Positions 17,936 to 26,305 of a stretch of 64,000 bases of DNA are shown piece after piece. Numbering within the stretch: position 1 is the first letter of the stretch; every line of letters starts with the position of its first letter. Source of the stretch: a virus (taxonomy: Duplodnaviria > Heunggongvirae > Uroviricota > Caudoviricetes); IMG/VR virus record IMGVR_UViG_3300029746_000001; one strand, given 5' to 3'. The notes beneath the pieces were generated by a model that worked only from the letters and a program-made list of their open reading frames with translations, ran no database searches and was not told the DNA's origin. The position numbers and the translations under genes were made by a program.

Positions 17936-18489
17936 ACGATGTAGATATTAAAAACAAAAGAATACTGCTATTCGATTTTGACGGGACGCTTATAGAAACC
18001 GCTTCTGGGAATACGTTCGCTACAGACTTGACAGATATGAGGATTAAGATGGATGTGGTGAATAAGGCTCTTGACCTCATGCAGGAGAACGGTGTTAAGG
18101 TATTTGCTATCGTAAGCAATCAAGGAGGAGTAGAAGCTGGGTTTGTTTCTGGAGCTGATATTGAAGCTAAGATAGAATACGTACTGAGGTCCGTACATGA
18201 TCTGGCGGTAAAGAGAGGCATAAGAGGCGTCCTATATGAAAAAAGGTTGTGTTATTCAAATGACAAACAAAATCCGATGAGGAAGCCTAACACTGGCATG
18301 ATTGATGATATTCTTATGAAGTGTAAAGACACGGTAATGCGTGGTATGAACTTTAGTCAACTTAAGGGATGTTCGTTGATGGTCGGGGACGCCAGTGGCC
18401 TACCAGGGCAGTTCTCTGATTCGGATAAGGTATGTGCTGAGAATGCCGGCATTGACTATATGGACGTTATTCAGTTTGTTGGTAAATAA
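17932..18489 (+). CDS. HAD-superfamily phosphatase (polynucleotide 3'-phosphatase / GmhB-like, subfamily IIIA)
   Basis: LFDFDGTL (DxDGT), SNQGG, KPNTGM and MVGDASG motifs. Confidence 0.6.
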   Translation: MNDVDIKNKRILLFDFDGTLIETASGNTFATDLTDMRIKMDVVNKALDLMQENGVKVFAIVSNQGGVEAGFVSGADIEAKIEYVLRSVHDLAVKRGIRGVLYEKRLCYSNDKQNPMRKPNTGMIDDILMKCKDTVMRGMNFSQLKGCSLMVGDASGLPGQFSDSDKVCAENAGIDYMDVIQFVGK

Positions 18490-18501
18490 TTTTAGGTAGT
18501 T

Positions 18502-19470
18502 ATGTGCAATATTATGAAGGTGAATAAAACGGCGATAGTTTATCATAAATCAGATTTAGATGGAGTTGTGTCGGCAGCCATCGCAACTATGTATGAACAC
18601 AGTAAAAACAAGGATGTTGTTTATATCCCGTATTCGTATGAAGATGATGTTAAGAAAGTTACCAGCAAGGTGCGTGACTTAGATGCTGTTTATGTTCTTG
18701 ACGTGTCTTTCGGAGCCGATTCTAAAACGGTTTTCAAAAAGTGGCTTGATGAAGGAAAGAGCCTGATGTGGATAGATCACCATAAGGGAATTATTGAGGA
18801 CAGTAAGACATGGGGGTTCGTAGTTCCAGGGTTGAGGAGAGTCGGCGTCGGTGCGTGCGCTCTGGCTTCGGACCTGCTTATGGGGAAGGTGCCGGCGATC
18901 GTCCGGTGCCTGTCAGACTACGATGTGTGGAATAAAGATTCTGAATTAGGATGGGATACGGTAGTAGCTATCCAGTATGCCTTGAGATCAAAAATAAAAC
19001 TCAATGTATTAATAGCATTGTCGTATTTGTATGATCACTTTAAAGAAGATATGAAGGACAATGAAATTGATCTTATTTTTTATGATCTCGCTAAAGAAGG
19101 ACGTGCTATAATTAACTACATGGCTGGTAAAAACGAACAAGAGGTAAGTGCGTATTCGTTCGAAGCGTACGTTGATGAGGTGAAGGTCGTGGCGATGAAT
19201 ACCACCGAATTTAGTTCTAAGGTATTTGATTCTCTTACACGAGACTGGTTAGATGGTAGAAAAATTAAAGCCCTGATGCCATTTTGTATTATGCCAGGTG
19301 GTAAAGTCCGGTTCTCTCTTTATGAATGCGTGGAAGACGGCGTAGATTGCTGTGAGGTAAGTAAGAGATTTGGTGGTGGAGGACATGCTGGTGCTGCTGG
19401 ATTCGTTATAGACGTATCAAGTGACCAGTTTAAGGACTTCCTTGAAAGTAAAAAACTTTTATCGAAATGA
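18502..19470 (+). CDS. DHH/DHHA1 phosphoesterase (NrnA / RecJ-like nuclease)
   Basis: YHKSDLDGVVSAA, WIDHHKG (the DHH motif) and GGGGHAGAAGF (DHHA1 GGGH). The start may instead be ATG 18514. Confidence 0.6.
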   Translation: MCNIMKVNKTAIVYHKSDLDGVVSAAIATMYEHSKNKDVVYIPYSYEDDVKKVTSKVRDLDAVYVLDVSFGADSKTVFKKWLDEGKSLMWIDHHKGIIEDSKTWGFVVPGLRRVGVGACALASDLLMGKVPAIVRCLSDYDVWNKDSELGWDTVVAIQYALRSKIKLNVLIALSYLYDHFKEDMKDNEIDLIFYDLAKEGRAIINYMAGKNEQEVSAYSFEAYVDEVKVVAMNTTEFSSKVFDSLTRDWLDGRKIKALMPFCIMPGGKVRFSLYECVEDGVDCCEVSKRFGGGGHAGAAGFVIDVSSDQFKDFLESKKLLSK

Positions 19471-19859
19471 AGTGTGAATTATATCAGTTCTATCCGGAAG
19501 TCTATCCTTTTAATCTGTGGATATACGTAGGAAAAGACGTATCTGGCATGGTAGAATGTTTCAATAACGATTTTAGTTACGTATATAATAGCCAGGCTGT
19601 AACTGTATCCGTTCCATGCGGAGGGTGTAAATTAAATCCTAATACGGGATTTTTGATATGGTTTATTAATAAGAAAATAATTGATTTTGAAACAGTTTGC
19701 CATGAAGCATCCCATGTTTCTACTGAAGCTTTTAATTTCTTAGGAGAAGAAGTAAAAGACTCAGAACCATTCTCGTATCTCAATGGATGGATAGGAAGAA
19801 AGTGCGAGGAAGTAAAGATCGGAATAGCCGAAGATAAACTAATATGGGAAAGTAAATAA
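19467..19859 (+). CDS. Hypothetical protein, 130 aa, with an HExxH motif (possible small zinc metallopeptidase)
   Basis: CHEASHV. Confidence 0.4.
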   Translation: MKCELYQFYPEVYPFNLWIYVGKDVSGMVECFNNDFSYVYNSQAVTVSVPCGGCKLNPNTGFLIWFINKKIIDFETVCHEASHVSTEAFNFLGEEVKDSEPFSYLNGWIGRKCEEVKIGIAEDKLIWESK

Positions 19860-19879
19860 TTACTGGTCGTAAAATAAGT

Positions 19880-19912
19880 ATGGGGAACTTTGGATAGGTT
19901 CCCCATATTTTT
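19880..19912 (+). terminator. Hairpin atggggaac/gttccccat followed by ATTTTTAT
   Basis: 9 bp stem and 9 nt loop directly after gene 19467..19859. Confidence 0.5.
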
Positions 19913-20146
19913 ATGTGATGAGGGAGAGGAATGGTGAAATGTTTATGTGATGAGAGAGATATGAGAAAGAGGTTTATGTGATGAGAGATATGAGAAAAAA
20001 TATTTATGTGATGAGAGATATGAGAAAAAATATTTATGTGATAGGAGAGATATGAGAAAGAGGTTTATGTGATGAGAGATATGAGAAAAAATATTTATGT
20101 GATGAGAGATATGAGAAAAAATATTTATGTGATGAGAGAGAGGGGG
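19908..20146. repeat. Tandem direct-repeat array A: about 8 units of ~30 bp (TTTATGTGATGAGAGATATGAGAAAAAATA and variants)
   Basis: Read directly in the sequence; units are contiguous with no spacers. Confidence 0.85.
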
Positions 20147-20171
20147 TACCTATCACGAACCTCCCGCCCCC

Positions 20172-20227
20172 GAAACGCGTTTTCTCCCCCCACACCCCCT
20201 TCGCTGGAAAACCGGAAACGCGTTTTC
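20172..20227. promoter_or_regulatory. Two copies of the 13-mer GAAACGCGTTTTC (palindromic core AAACGCGTTT) in C-rich context
   Basis: Located at 20172-20184 and 20215-20227. Confidence 0.6.
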
Positions 20228-20248
20228 ACCTCAAACATATAAACTCGC

Positions 20249-20400
20249 TGATTATCAACAGTTTATTTAAATTATTGATAATCAATGTATTATTATAACA
20301 TATTGATTATAAGCCACTTAAATAAACATATATCCTACATATTAATGTACGCGTATAATACTACTCTCGTTTGTTTTATAACTTGCTGATAATCATATAA
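20249..20400. promoter_or_regulatory. AT-rich region with four inverted copies of TGATWATCA (20249-58, 20275-85, about 20311-20323, about 20385-20400)
   Basis: Read in the sequence; origin-like architecture together with array A. Confidence 0.5.
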
Positions 20401-20469
20401 TAGAATCGAAATTAATACAAGTTAACAAAAAAAAGATAGCATATATATTTGTGGTATTGATAAATGTCG

Positions 20470-20477
20470 TATATTTG
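20470..20477 (+). promoter_or_regulatory. -7 box TAtaTTTG
   Basis: Upstream of gene 20623. Confidence 0.35.
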
Positions 20478-20622
20478 CGTCGTGATCGAGAGAGATTACG
20501 AGTTAACATAGTGAACCTATATAGTGTACCCGTTTGGCTAACTATATATGTATCTGTAATTGCCTGCGTTGTGGGTCATTAATTTGAATATCATTTGTTT
20601 AACAATTAAAATATATTGGGAT

Positions 20623-21162
20623 ATGATTACGAAAAAAAATGTAAACAAACTACAGGGTGCCGTTATCAAAGAAAATGCTGCAAATTTGGTAGGTGCCGTT
20701 AAACTGTACAACGCTCTATTTGCTAATGGAGCTGATCTAAAGGCTATTTGCAAGGCTTTGGAAATACCGGCAGAATACGCCGTAAAGGTAGCAGCATTGG
20801 CAAAGGATAAAAAACGCCTTGTTGCAGTGTGTAGTCAAATGCTGCCAAAGGTTGGCGATACCTTTGTTAAATTTGCTTTATACTCTAAAGTGTATAAAGA
20901 TACCAATGCGGACAAAGAAAAAGGAATTGAAGCTAAAACGGCTGATTGGTGCGCCGAGAATGTGGTTTACGGTAGCGAATATAAAGCATTCGGTTTTACT
21001 ACTGCCGAATCATTGGAGACTAAAAAAAGTACTAAATGGTTGGTAAAAGAAACCGACGAGTACAAATCTACTTATGTGGCTGTTAAGATCAAATCTTATT
21101 CAATCCGTACCATTGCAAAGTGTGTAAGTGAATACCTCGCACATGAAAGCAACCAGCAGTAA
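20623..21162 (+). CDS. Hypothetical Ala/Lys-rich helical protein, 179 aa
   Basis: The ORF track starts it at 20560 (a TTG-type start), but ATG 20623 preceded by the shared leader motif is more plausible. Confidence 0.5.
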   Translation: MITKKNVNKLQGAVIKENAANLVGAVKLYNALFANGADLKAICKALEIPAEYAVKVAALAKDKKRLVAVCSQMLPKVGDTFVKFALYSKVYKDTNADKEKGIEAKTADWCAENVVYGSEYKAFGFTTAESLETKKSTKWLVKETDEYKSTYVAVKIKSYSIRTIAKCVSEYLAHESNQQ

Positions 21163-21659
21163 CAAGGCACGGAGAGCGCCGTTAAGCTCTCCAAAGGTTT
21201 GACGCGTACCGTTAAACGCGTCTGTACGCCGTTGTCAGTGGGTGCACGTCCCGCGTATGCTTTAGGCTGAAGCTGACAAAATAGAGAGTTATTTTACATA
21301 TTGGAGATAGATATACCGTTGCCCTTGCCGTTGGCAATTAAAGGGCTGGTATTACTGCATGGACTATCCGAATAGGTATAGTTTATGTTAGGTATGTGAT
21401 TACAGTTTGGAAAACATGTCGTTGTACGAGGTTTATCTCCAGATCGAAACGTGTCTTACTTGCTTACACGAAAAATAGAACAAGGCTGTAGATTAAATTA
21501 CAGGGTACAAGCATGTAGCCTACCATGTAGGGACGTGCCGTATCAAAACGCAAGGACACAATCGCCTTTATTTGTGGCTAAGTTGTGTAGCAGACGGAAA
21601 ATATAATAACAACATAGTACGGGCCTGTACACAAGAACTACGTACTAATTACGGGCTGT

Positions 21660-21723
21660 TGGTTGTAGCATAAAATTCGTACAGGATAGGAATGCGCGTT
21701 CGGTTCGATTCCGGAGCAACCTC
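21660..21723 (+). ncRNA. tRNA-like minihelix element a (acceptor-like arms tggttgt/gcaacct and T arm ttcgg-ttcgatt-ccgga)
   Basis: About 64 nt, lacks D and anticodon arms, and ends 23 nt before ATG 21747. Confidence 0.3.
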
Positions 21724-21746
21724 TAAATTATAAACAATATAATAAC

Positions 21747-21917
21747 ATGGAAAAGAAAGAAATGATCAACGCTTTAACTGAAGCGTTCAATAAATCTAAA
21801 AACATCTGCGTAAAAATAACATTGCGTAACTATATCGAGACGGTGGAAACACTCAGTGAAAATGAGTATAAAGAGGCGGAGGGTTTCTATATCGAAGCTC
21901 TTAACCGCTGGAGTTAA
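21747..21917 (+). CDS. Small ORF, 56 aa (MEKKEMINALTEAFNKSKNICVKITL...), below the track cutoff
   Basis: Hand translation; A-rich spacer upstream. Confidence 0.35.
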   Translation: MEKKEMINALTEAFNKSKNICVKITLRNYIETVETLSENEYKEAEGFYIEALNRWS

Positions 21918-21939
21918 TCATAATTAAAGCATAAAGAAA

Positions 21940-22146
21940 ATGGAAAGGAAATTTAAATCTTATATGGTAGACGTCCGCGGTCTGTCCAGGAAAGAAGCTA
22001 AAGAAAAGCGGAAAAGAGCGTATCGGGAATTTATGTTGTATCGTGATCTCAAAGAAGCGTATCATGCCGATACGGGAAAGGACAAATGCAAACGTAAAGT
22101 CCATACATCACGAACTTACGTGAAGGAAAACATAAACAGTATTTAA
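21940..22146 (+). CDS. Hypothetical basic protein, 68 aa
   Basis: ORF track. Confidence 0.4.
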   Translation: MERKFKSYMVDVRGLSRKEAKEKRKRAYREFMLYRDLKEAYHADTGKDKCKRKVHTSRTYVKENINSI

Positions 22147-22155
22147 ACAGGAGTA

Positions 22156-22189
22156 GGGTTGTTCCGAATATCGGAGCAGCCCTATTTTT
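22156..22189 (+). terminator. Strong intrinsic terminator (12 bp stem gggttgttccga/tcggagcagccc, loop ata, then TATTTTT)
   Basis: Read in the sequence. Confidence 0.55.
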
Positions 22190-22190
22190 G
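22183..22190 (+). promoter_or_regulatory. -7 box TAttTTTG overlapping the terminator T-tract
   Basis: Matches TAnnTTTG. Confidence 0.3.
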
Positions 22191-22196
22191 TATCCT

Positions 22197-22391
22197 ACTC
22201 TTTCTATTTACGGGTAGGATATTCTGAGAGTGAACGGCGGATGTGGACAATATTGGTCTAAAACGAAACAAAAATAGGAGCGTTCGGATATAATGCCGGT
22301 ATTTTGTCTATATCATGTCGTTAAAATTGGTCTAAAACGAAACTTGAGGCGGTTTTCTGACCCAAAATAGGGTGTCGGATGCCGCCTTTTT
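22197..22391 (+). ncRNA. Candidate ~195 nt sRNA carrying two direct repeats ATTGGTCTAAAACGAAAC (22252-22269 and 22326-22343) and ending in a hairpin with TTTTT
   Basis: Promoter box, two perfect 18 nt repeats (a degenerate similarity extends about 12 nt further 5'), and stem gaggcgg/ccgcct followed by a T-run. Confidence 0.25.
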
Positions 22392-22499
22392 CGTCTCTAT
22401 GGATTGAAAATTAAGCTTATTGTATTTTTCTCAAAAATGAGGTATGCTTGATTATTAATTAGTTAGGTTTTATAATACCCGTATTTTCGGACATACTTA

Positions 22500-22685
22500 T
22501 TGTATTTTTTTTATTTTATGTGGTGGTTTTTATTAGTAGCTGACCTGTATTTTTTATCGGTTGGAGTAAGGTCTATGTTAGAGTACGGACCAGATCAGTA
22601 TAATATTGTGATGGTTTTTTGCTTTTCGTTTTTGGCTTTGATTATAGGTCTGAATATCTATCTTGATAGGAGGAGCAGGCGGTAG
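22500..22685 (+). CDS. Small hydrophobic (2-TM) protein, 61 aa
   Basis: ORF track; hydrophobic segments. Confidence 0.3.
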   Translation: MYFFYFMWWFLLVADLYFLSVGVRSMLEYGPDQYNIVMVFCFSFLALIIGLNIYLDRRSRR

Positions 22686-22876
22686 GGCGTGGGCTGAAGG
22701 CTCTCTATTCTCTCTATGGAATGATATTATCTCCAAATCCCCCATACTCCATGCCAGAGTATAAGCTTGTAGCGCTCTCCGTATGCCTGTAGTGAGACCG
22801 AGAGCGCAGGTTCTATGCGGAAAGACAGAGGATTAGACGGGGTTGGAGAGGGGGAGAGGGAGGGGGAGAGGGAGGG

Positions 22877-23345
22877 CACTCTCTTCCCGCAAAATTCAAC
22901 AGATCAGCGTTTTAAAACAGCACTCTTCCCGCAAAATTCAACAGATCAGCGTTTTAAAACAGCACTCTTCCCGCAAAATTCAACAGATCAGCGTTTTAAA
23001 ACAGCATTTTGTAGGGTTTTCCCACAAAATTAAGGATTACAGCGTTTTAAAACAGCTCTCTTCCCGCAAAATTCAACAGATCAGAGCTTTAAAACAGCAT
23101 TCTTCCCACAAAATTAAGGATTACAGTGCTTTAAAACAGCATTCTTCCCGCAAAATTCAACAGATCAGCGTTTTAAAACAGCACTCTTCCCGCAAAATTC
23201 AACAGATCAGCGTTTTAAAACAGCATTCTTCCCGCAAAATTCAACAGATCAGCGTTTTAAAACAGCATTTTGTAGGGTTTTCCCACAAAATTAAGGATTA
23301 CAGTGCTTTAAAACAGCAAAATGTGAGTTTATTCTACAAAATTCA
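22877..23345. repeat. Tandem direct-repeat array B: about 11 units of 42-51 bp in two subtypes, each carrying the 10 bp palindrome GTTTTAAAAC; preceded by a GA-rich tract (22836-22875)
   Basis: Read in the sequence; the track ORFs 22815..23033 and 22843..23349 are translation artefacts of the repeats. Confidence 0.85.
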
Positions 23346-23411
23346 ATAGGTTGAGAGTTGAAAACTATATTCTATAGATTAGTGGTAATCGGAATGTTTA
23401 ACAATTAAAAT

Positions 23412-23681
23412 ATGGATGGTATGAACGTATATGACTTTGCACCCGATTTAGATTTGAGAAAGGAGGAAGAAGGTTCTATTTTCGGGGTAAAAGGAATAGA
23501 AGGCAGTGATGGTATAGTATATGCTAAGGTAGTTAGCTGTGTAGACGTTAAGGATTACAGTTGTGATAGGTGTATTTTTTATGATTGTTATAAGGATAAA
23601 TGTTTATTATCGCGTAGTGATAGTTGTATAGATGGAGATTGGATTTGTAGGTACGAACAGGCTGCCATAGAGGGGGAGTAG
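23412..23681 (+). CDS. Small Cys-rich protein, 89 aa (motif CDRCIFYDCY); paralog of 49125..49322
   Basis: ORF track; the motif is shared with 49125. Confidence 0.5.
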   Translation: MDGMNVYDFAPDLDLRKEEEGSIFGVKGIEGSDGIVYAKVVSCVDVKDYSCDRCIFYDCYKDKCLLSRSDSCIDGDWICRYEQAAIEGE

Positions 23682-23924
23682 GCGGCGCCTTGGGCTAAGG
23701 CCTGCGGTTGTAGGTGGAACGTAGGTCGGAGCAGAGCCGGAACAGTTTATTGTGGAACGTAAAAAAGAAGGAGGAGATAGCGATATGAAAAAGGCATTTA
23801 AGATATTTTCTATTATGTTTGTCATAGAAATAGTGCTGATAGCTATTTTAGATGCTATGGCGTAAGTGAGAAAAATTTCTTCATTAATTTTCTTATGCTT
23901 TAGACAGAATGCTCCCATCTGCGA

Positions 23925-23989
23925 AGATCGGAGCATTTGCTTTATGGGATTCATGGTGCAGCAAGTCGGTTCGATTCCGGCGATCTCAC
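23925..23989 (+). ncRNA. tRNA-like minihelix element b (arms agatcg/cgatct and T arm gtcgg-ttcgatt-ccggc)
   Basis: About 65 nt; ends 29 nt before ATG 24019. Confidence 0.3.
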
Positions 23990-24018
23990 ACAACATTAAA
24001 AACAAAGGAGGAAAGAAA

Positions 24019-24360
24019 ATGAAAGATGGTGTTACATTACATCCAGAACACGGATTGAATCCGTCTATAGAAGTCTGCATGATATGTGGCGAAGAGATGG
24101 GCATTGCTTTATTAGGGAATAATATCAAAGGTCAGGCGCCGCATCATATATGCACGGGCGGAGTATGTGACAATTGCAAAAAGATAATAGATGACGGAGG
24201 CTGTTTTATTATCGAAGTCGAGGATGGATCAGATCAAAAGAATCCGTATCGTACAGGGAGATATTGTGCGATAAAGAAAGAGGCAGCAAAGAAGATATTT
24301 GGACAGGAGCATAATATTGTGTACATGGAAAAGTCTGCATACAGTCAAATAATACCATAA
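24019..24360 (+). CDS. Cys-rich zinc-ribbon protein, 113 aa
   Basis: The track ORF 23866..24360 has an implausible N-terminus that spans element b. ATG 24019 has a GGAGG-type RBS; the protein has CxxC...CxxC pairs. Confidence 0.5.
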   Translation: MKDGVTLHPEHGLNPSIEVCMICGEEMGIALLGNNIKGQAPHHICTGGVCDNCKKIIDDGGCFIIEVEDGSDQKNPYRTGRYCAIKKEAAKKIFGQEHNIVYMEKSAYSQIIP

Positions 24361-24422
24361 AAATAAAGAAGGATATGTTTACAAAAGAAGAGTGATTATT
24401 CATATGGAAAAAGGTATATGAG

Positions 24423-24689
24423 ATGATTGATAGGTTAGAGGATGGGGAATACATATGTGTTGCGTTAAGAAATGTAGTGTTTATGTATTTCAAAACACAT
24501 AAAAATATCTCACCATTTCATTCAGACGAAATGGTGAGAATATATTTCCCGGAATTGGAGGAGAAGATAAGTATGGCCACAGAACCAGAGGAAACAAGAA
24601 AGTTTTATGGGTGGTTTGGTTGTATTAGTCCAGAAACGAAGGAGGTAAGGCTGAATATTGTGAAAGATATTATAAAAGAATTAGAATAG
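24423..24689 (+). CDS. Hypothetical protein, 88 aa
   Basis: ORF track. Confidence 0.4.
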   Translation: MIDRLEDGEYICVALRNVVFMYFKTHKNISPFHSDEMVRIYFPELEEKISMATEPEETRKFYGWFGCISPETKEVRLNIVKDIIKELE

Positions 24690-24780
24690 TATTTTTGTTA
24701 ATCTATTTTATTCATCAAATTAAGTTTTGGGTTTTGGCATGTCGGTTCGTGAGGATAGGCATGCCTATTTCTGCATCATA

Positions 24781-24843
24781 GAGGGGATGACGCGGCGTGC
24801 CGGTGCGTATGTGCCGGTCCTGGTTCGATTCTGGGCATCTCAC
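24781..24843 (+). ncRNA. tRNA-like minihelix element c (arms ggggatg/catctca, T arm cctgg-ttcgatt-ctggg)
   Basis: About 61 nt; ends 21 nt before ATG 24865; has the same atctcaca tail as element b. Confidence 0.25.
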
Positions 24844-24864
24844 AAACAATAAAACAAAAAAGTT

Positions 24865-25098
24865 ATGAGAATATATAAGAATGATATTATAAAGGCGTCA
24901 GCAATAAGCACCGGAGCCGACAGAGGCGTGTTGCTGTGTTCAATAACAGATTCAGGCTTTACGTCTATAGCGGGCGTAATATCGGCTGTTAAGGATAGGT
25001 TACCAAACGAAGATCACAAGAAGATGGTTTTTGAAATCTTGAATGATACGAAAAAAAAGTACGGAAGATATAATAATTGCGGAACAAAAGTATTGTAA
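24865..25098 (+). CDS. Hypothetical protein, 77 aa
   Basis: ORF track. Confidence 0.4.
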   Translation: MRIYKNDIIKASAISTGADRGVLLCSITDSGFTSIAGVISAVKDRLPNEDHKKMVFEILNDTKKKYGRYNNCGTKVL

Positions 25099-25217
25099 TA
25101 AAGAGTAGAAAACAATATGTTTATGTAATATTAGTTTTTTCATTTTTATTGAAAGGAGCGCCGGCCTGTGAAGGTATGCGCTCTTTGTATTTGTATAATG
25201 CATAAAACAATAATAAT

Positions 25218-25472
25218 ATGACAGAGAATAGTATAGACGTAAATATCGTACCTGTAAAGAATGGTATGAAACGTGTTGTGGTATCATATTACCATTATTC
25301 ACGCAAGGAGAAAGATCGCATGAGTTCCCAAACGGATTACGTTTGGGAAACAAAGAATGAAGAAATGTTTAAATACTTTGAGGCCAGGAGGACAAAAGTA
25401 TTTTATAGTCAGATTCGTGCCATGTGTAGATTCTATGGCGAGAAAAATGTACGTAAATACAAAAAGTTATGA
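25218..25472 (+). CDS. Hypothetical protein, 84 aa
   Basis: ORF track. Confidence 0.4.
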   Translation: MTENSIDVNIVPVKNGMKRVVVSYYHYSRKEKDRMSSQTDYVWETKNEEMFKYFEARRTKVFYSQIRAMCRFYGEKNVRKYKKL

Positions 25473-26278
25473 TATTAAAAACGACAACCAACGAGTTTTG
25501 TTTCATTAACGTAAGTTTCTACGAAACAATAGCAGATCCTCGTCATTTCTTTGAACAGGATTATGAAGAGATGCCAGAATATGAGGAGGAATCGGATTTT
25601 GATTTTGATTCTTATTACAATAAGTTTATTCCTTTTGTACAGGAATGGGCGAATGAGGTAAGTGAACGCCTTTACGGATATGGCGTGAATAGTATAAAGG
25701 TAACATCGGTCGGATATCCGAAAGAATATAATTATGGTACTGATTGGATGAACGTAGAGGTAGAGTTTTGTGATGAATGGAGGCAAAAGATGTTATCTAA
25801 CATTAGTAAGATTGTCAATGATGATAAATGCAAGAAGTATGCGGAGACTAATTACCGGTCGGTATCAGGATACATCTTTTTAGGGCCTGAAGATTTAAAG
25901 GAATTTGAAAAGGAAATAATAGAAAGAAAGTCGGATTCCGGATATGATGTAACAATATTATTAAATATGTATCTAACTTTGGCTTTTGTAAAAGAATTTG
26001 GATTTAAAGCCGGAGAAGCGTGGAGTAAAATAACAGAATACGCTTACGGATGTTTGTCGTATTCTGATTTTGCAACAACAGAGATGCTTATACCAGAAGG
26101 TTCGGAGCATTTATTCAAAGACATTTACACGGCAAAGGCCGACGAATTATATCATCATGTCCTGGATAAATTCGGATGGGCGTGGCGTGATCCGAAATAT
26201 AAGTCAGAAACAGAATTATGCGCGATGCTAAAGTGGGCAAAAGAAAAAGGCTTGACCATTGAAGAGTTAAGTATTTAA
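25469..26278 (+). CDS. Hypothetical protein, 269 aa
   Basis: ORF track; ATGA overlap. Confidence 0.5.
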   Translation: MILKTTTNEFCFINVSFYETIADPRHFFEQDYEEMPEYEEESDFDFDSYYNKFIPFVQEWANEVSERLYGYGVNSIKVTSVGYPKEYNYGTDWMNVEVEFCDEWRQKMLSNISKIVNDDKCKKYAETNYRSVSGYIFLGPEDLKEFEKEIIERKSDSGYDVTILLNMYLTLAFVKEFGFKAGEAWSKITEYAYGCLSYSDFATTEMLIPEGSEHLFKDIYTAKADELYHHVLDKFGWAWRDPKYKSETELCAMLKWAKEKGLTIEELSI

Positions 26279-26305
26279 TTGTTAAACATAAGGCAGTAGT
26301 GGTGC

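Noticed and set aside
20560-20622. N-terminal extension of ORF 20560..21162 (MPALWVINLNIICLTIKIYWD)
   Set aside because: This is a non-ATG start within the promoter/leader region. ATG 20623 is preceded by the shared leader motif, so the shorter CDS is preferred.
19908-23345. CRISPR-array interpretation of repeat arrays A and B
   Set aside because: The units are contiguous with no unique spacers between them, so neither array has CRISPR architecture. Only the separate two-repeat unit at 22252-22343 has anything spacer-like, and that is reported as a low-confidence finding.
22815-23349. Track ORFs 22815..23033 and 22843..23349 with the repetitive peptide ...SSRKIQQISVLKQH...
   Set aside because: They are translations of the 42-51 bp tandem repeat array, which gives a periodic peptide with no start context. 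Treated as non-coding repeat DNA.
23866-24018. N-terminal part of track ORF 23866..24360
   Set aside because: It spans the tRNA-like element b and A-rich leader. ATG 24019 has a GGAGG-type RBS, so the shorter CDS is preferred.
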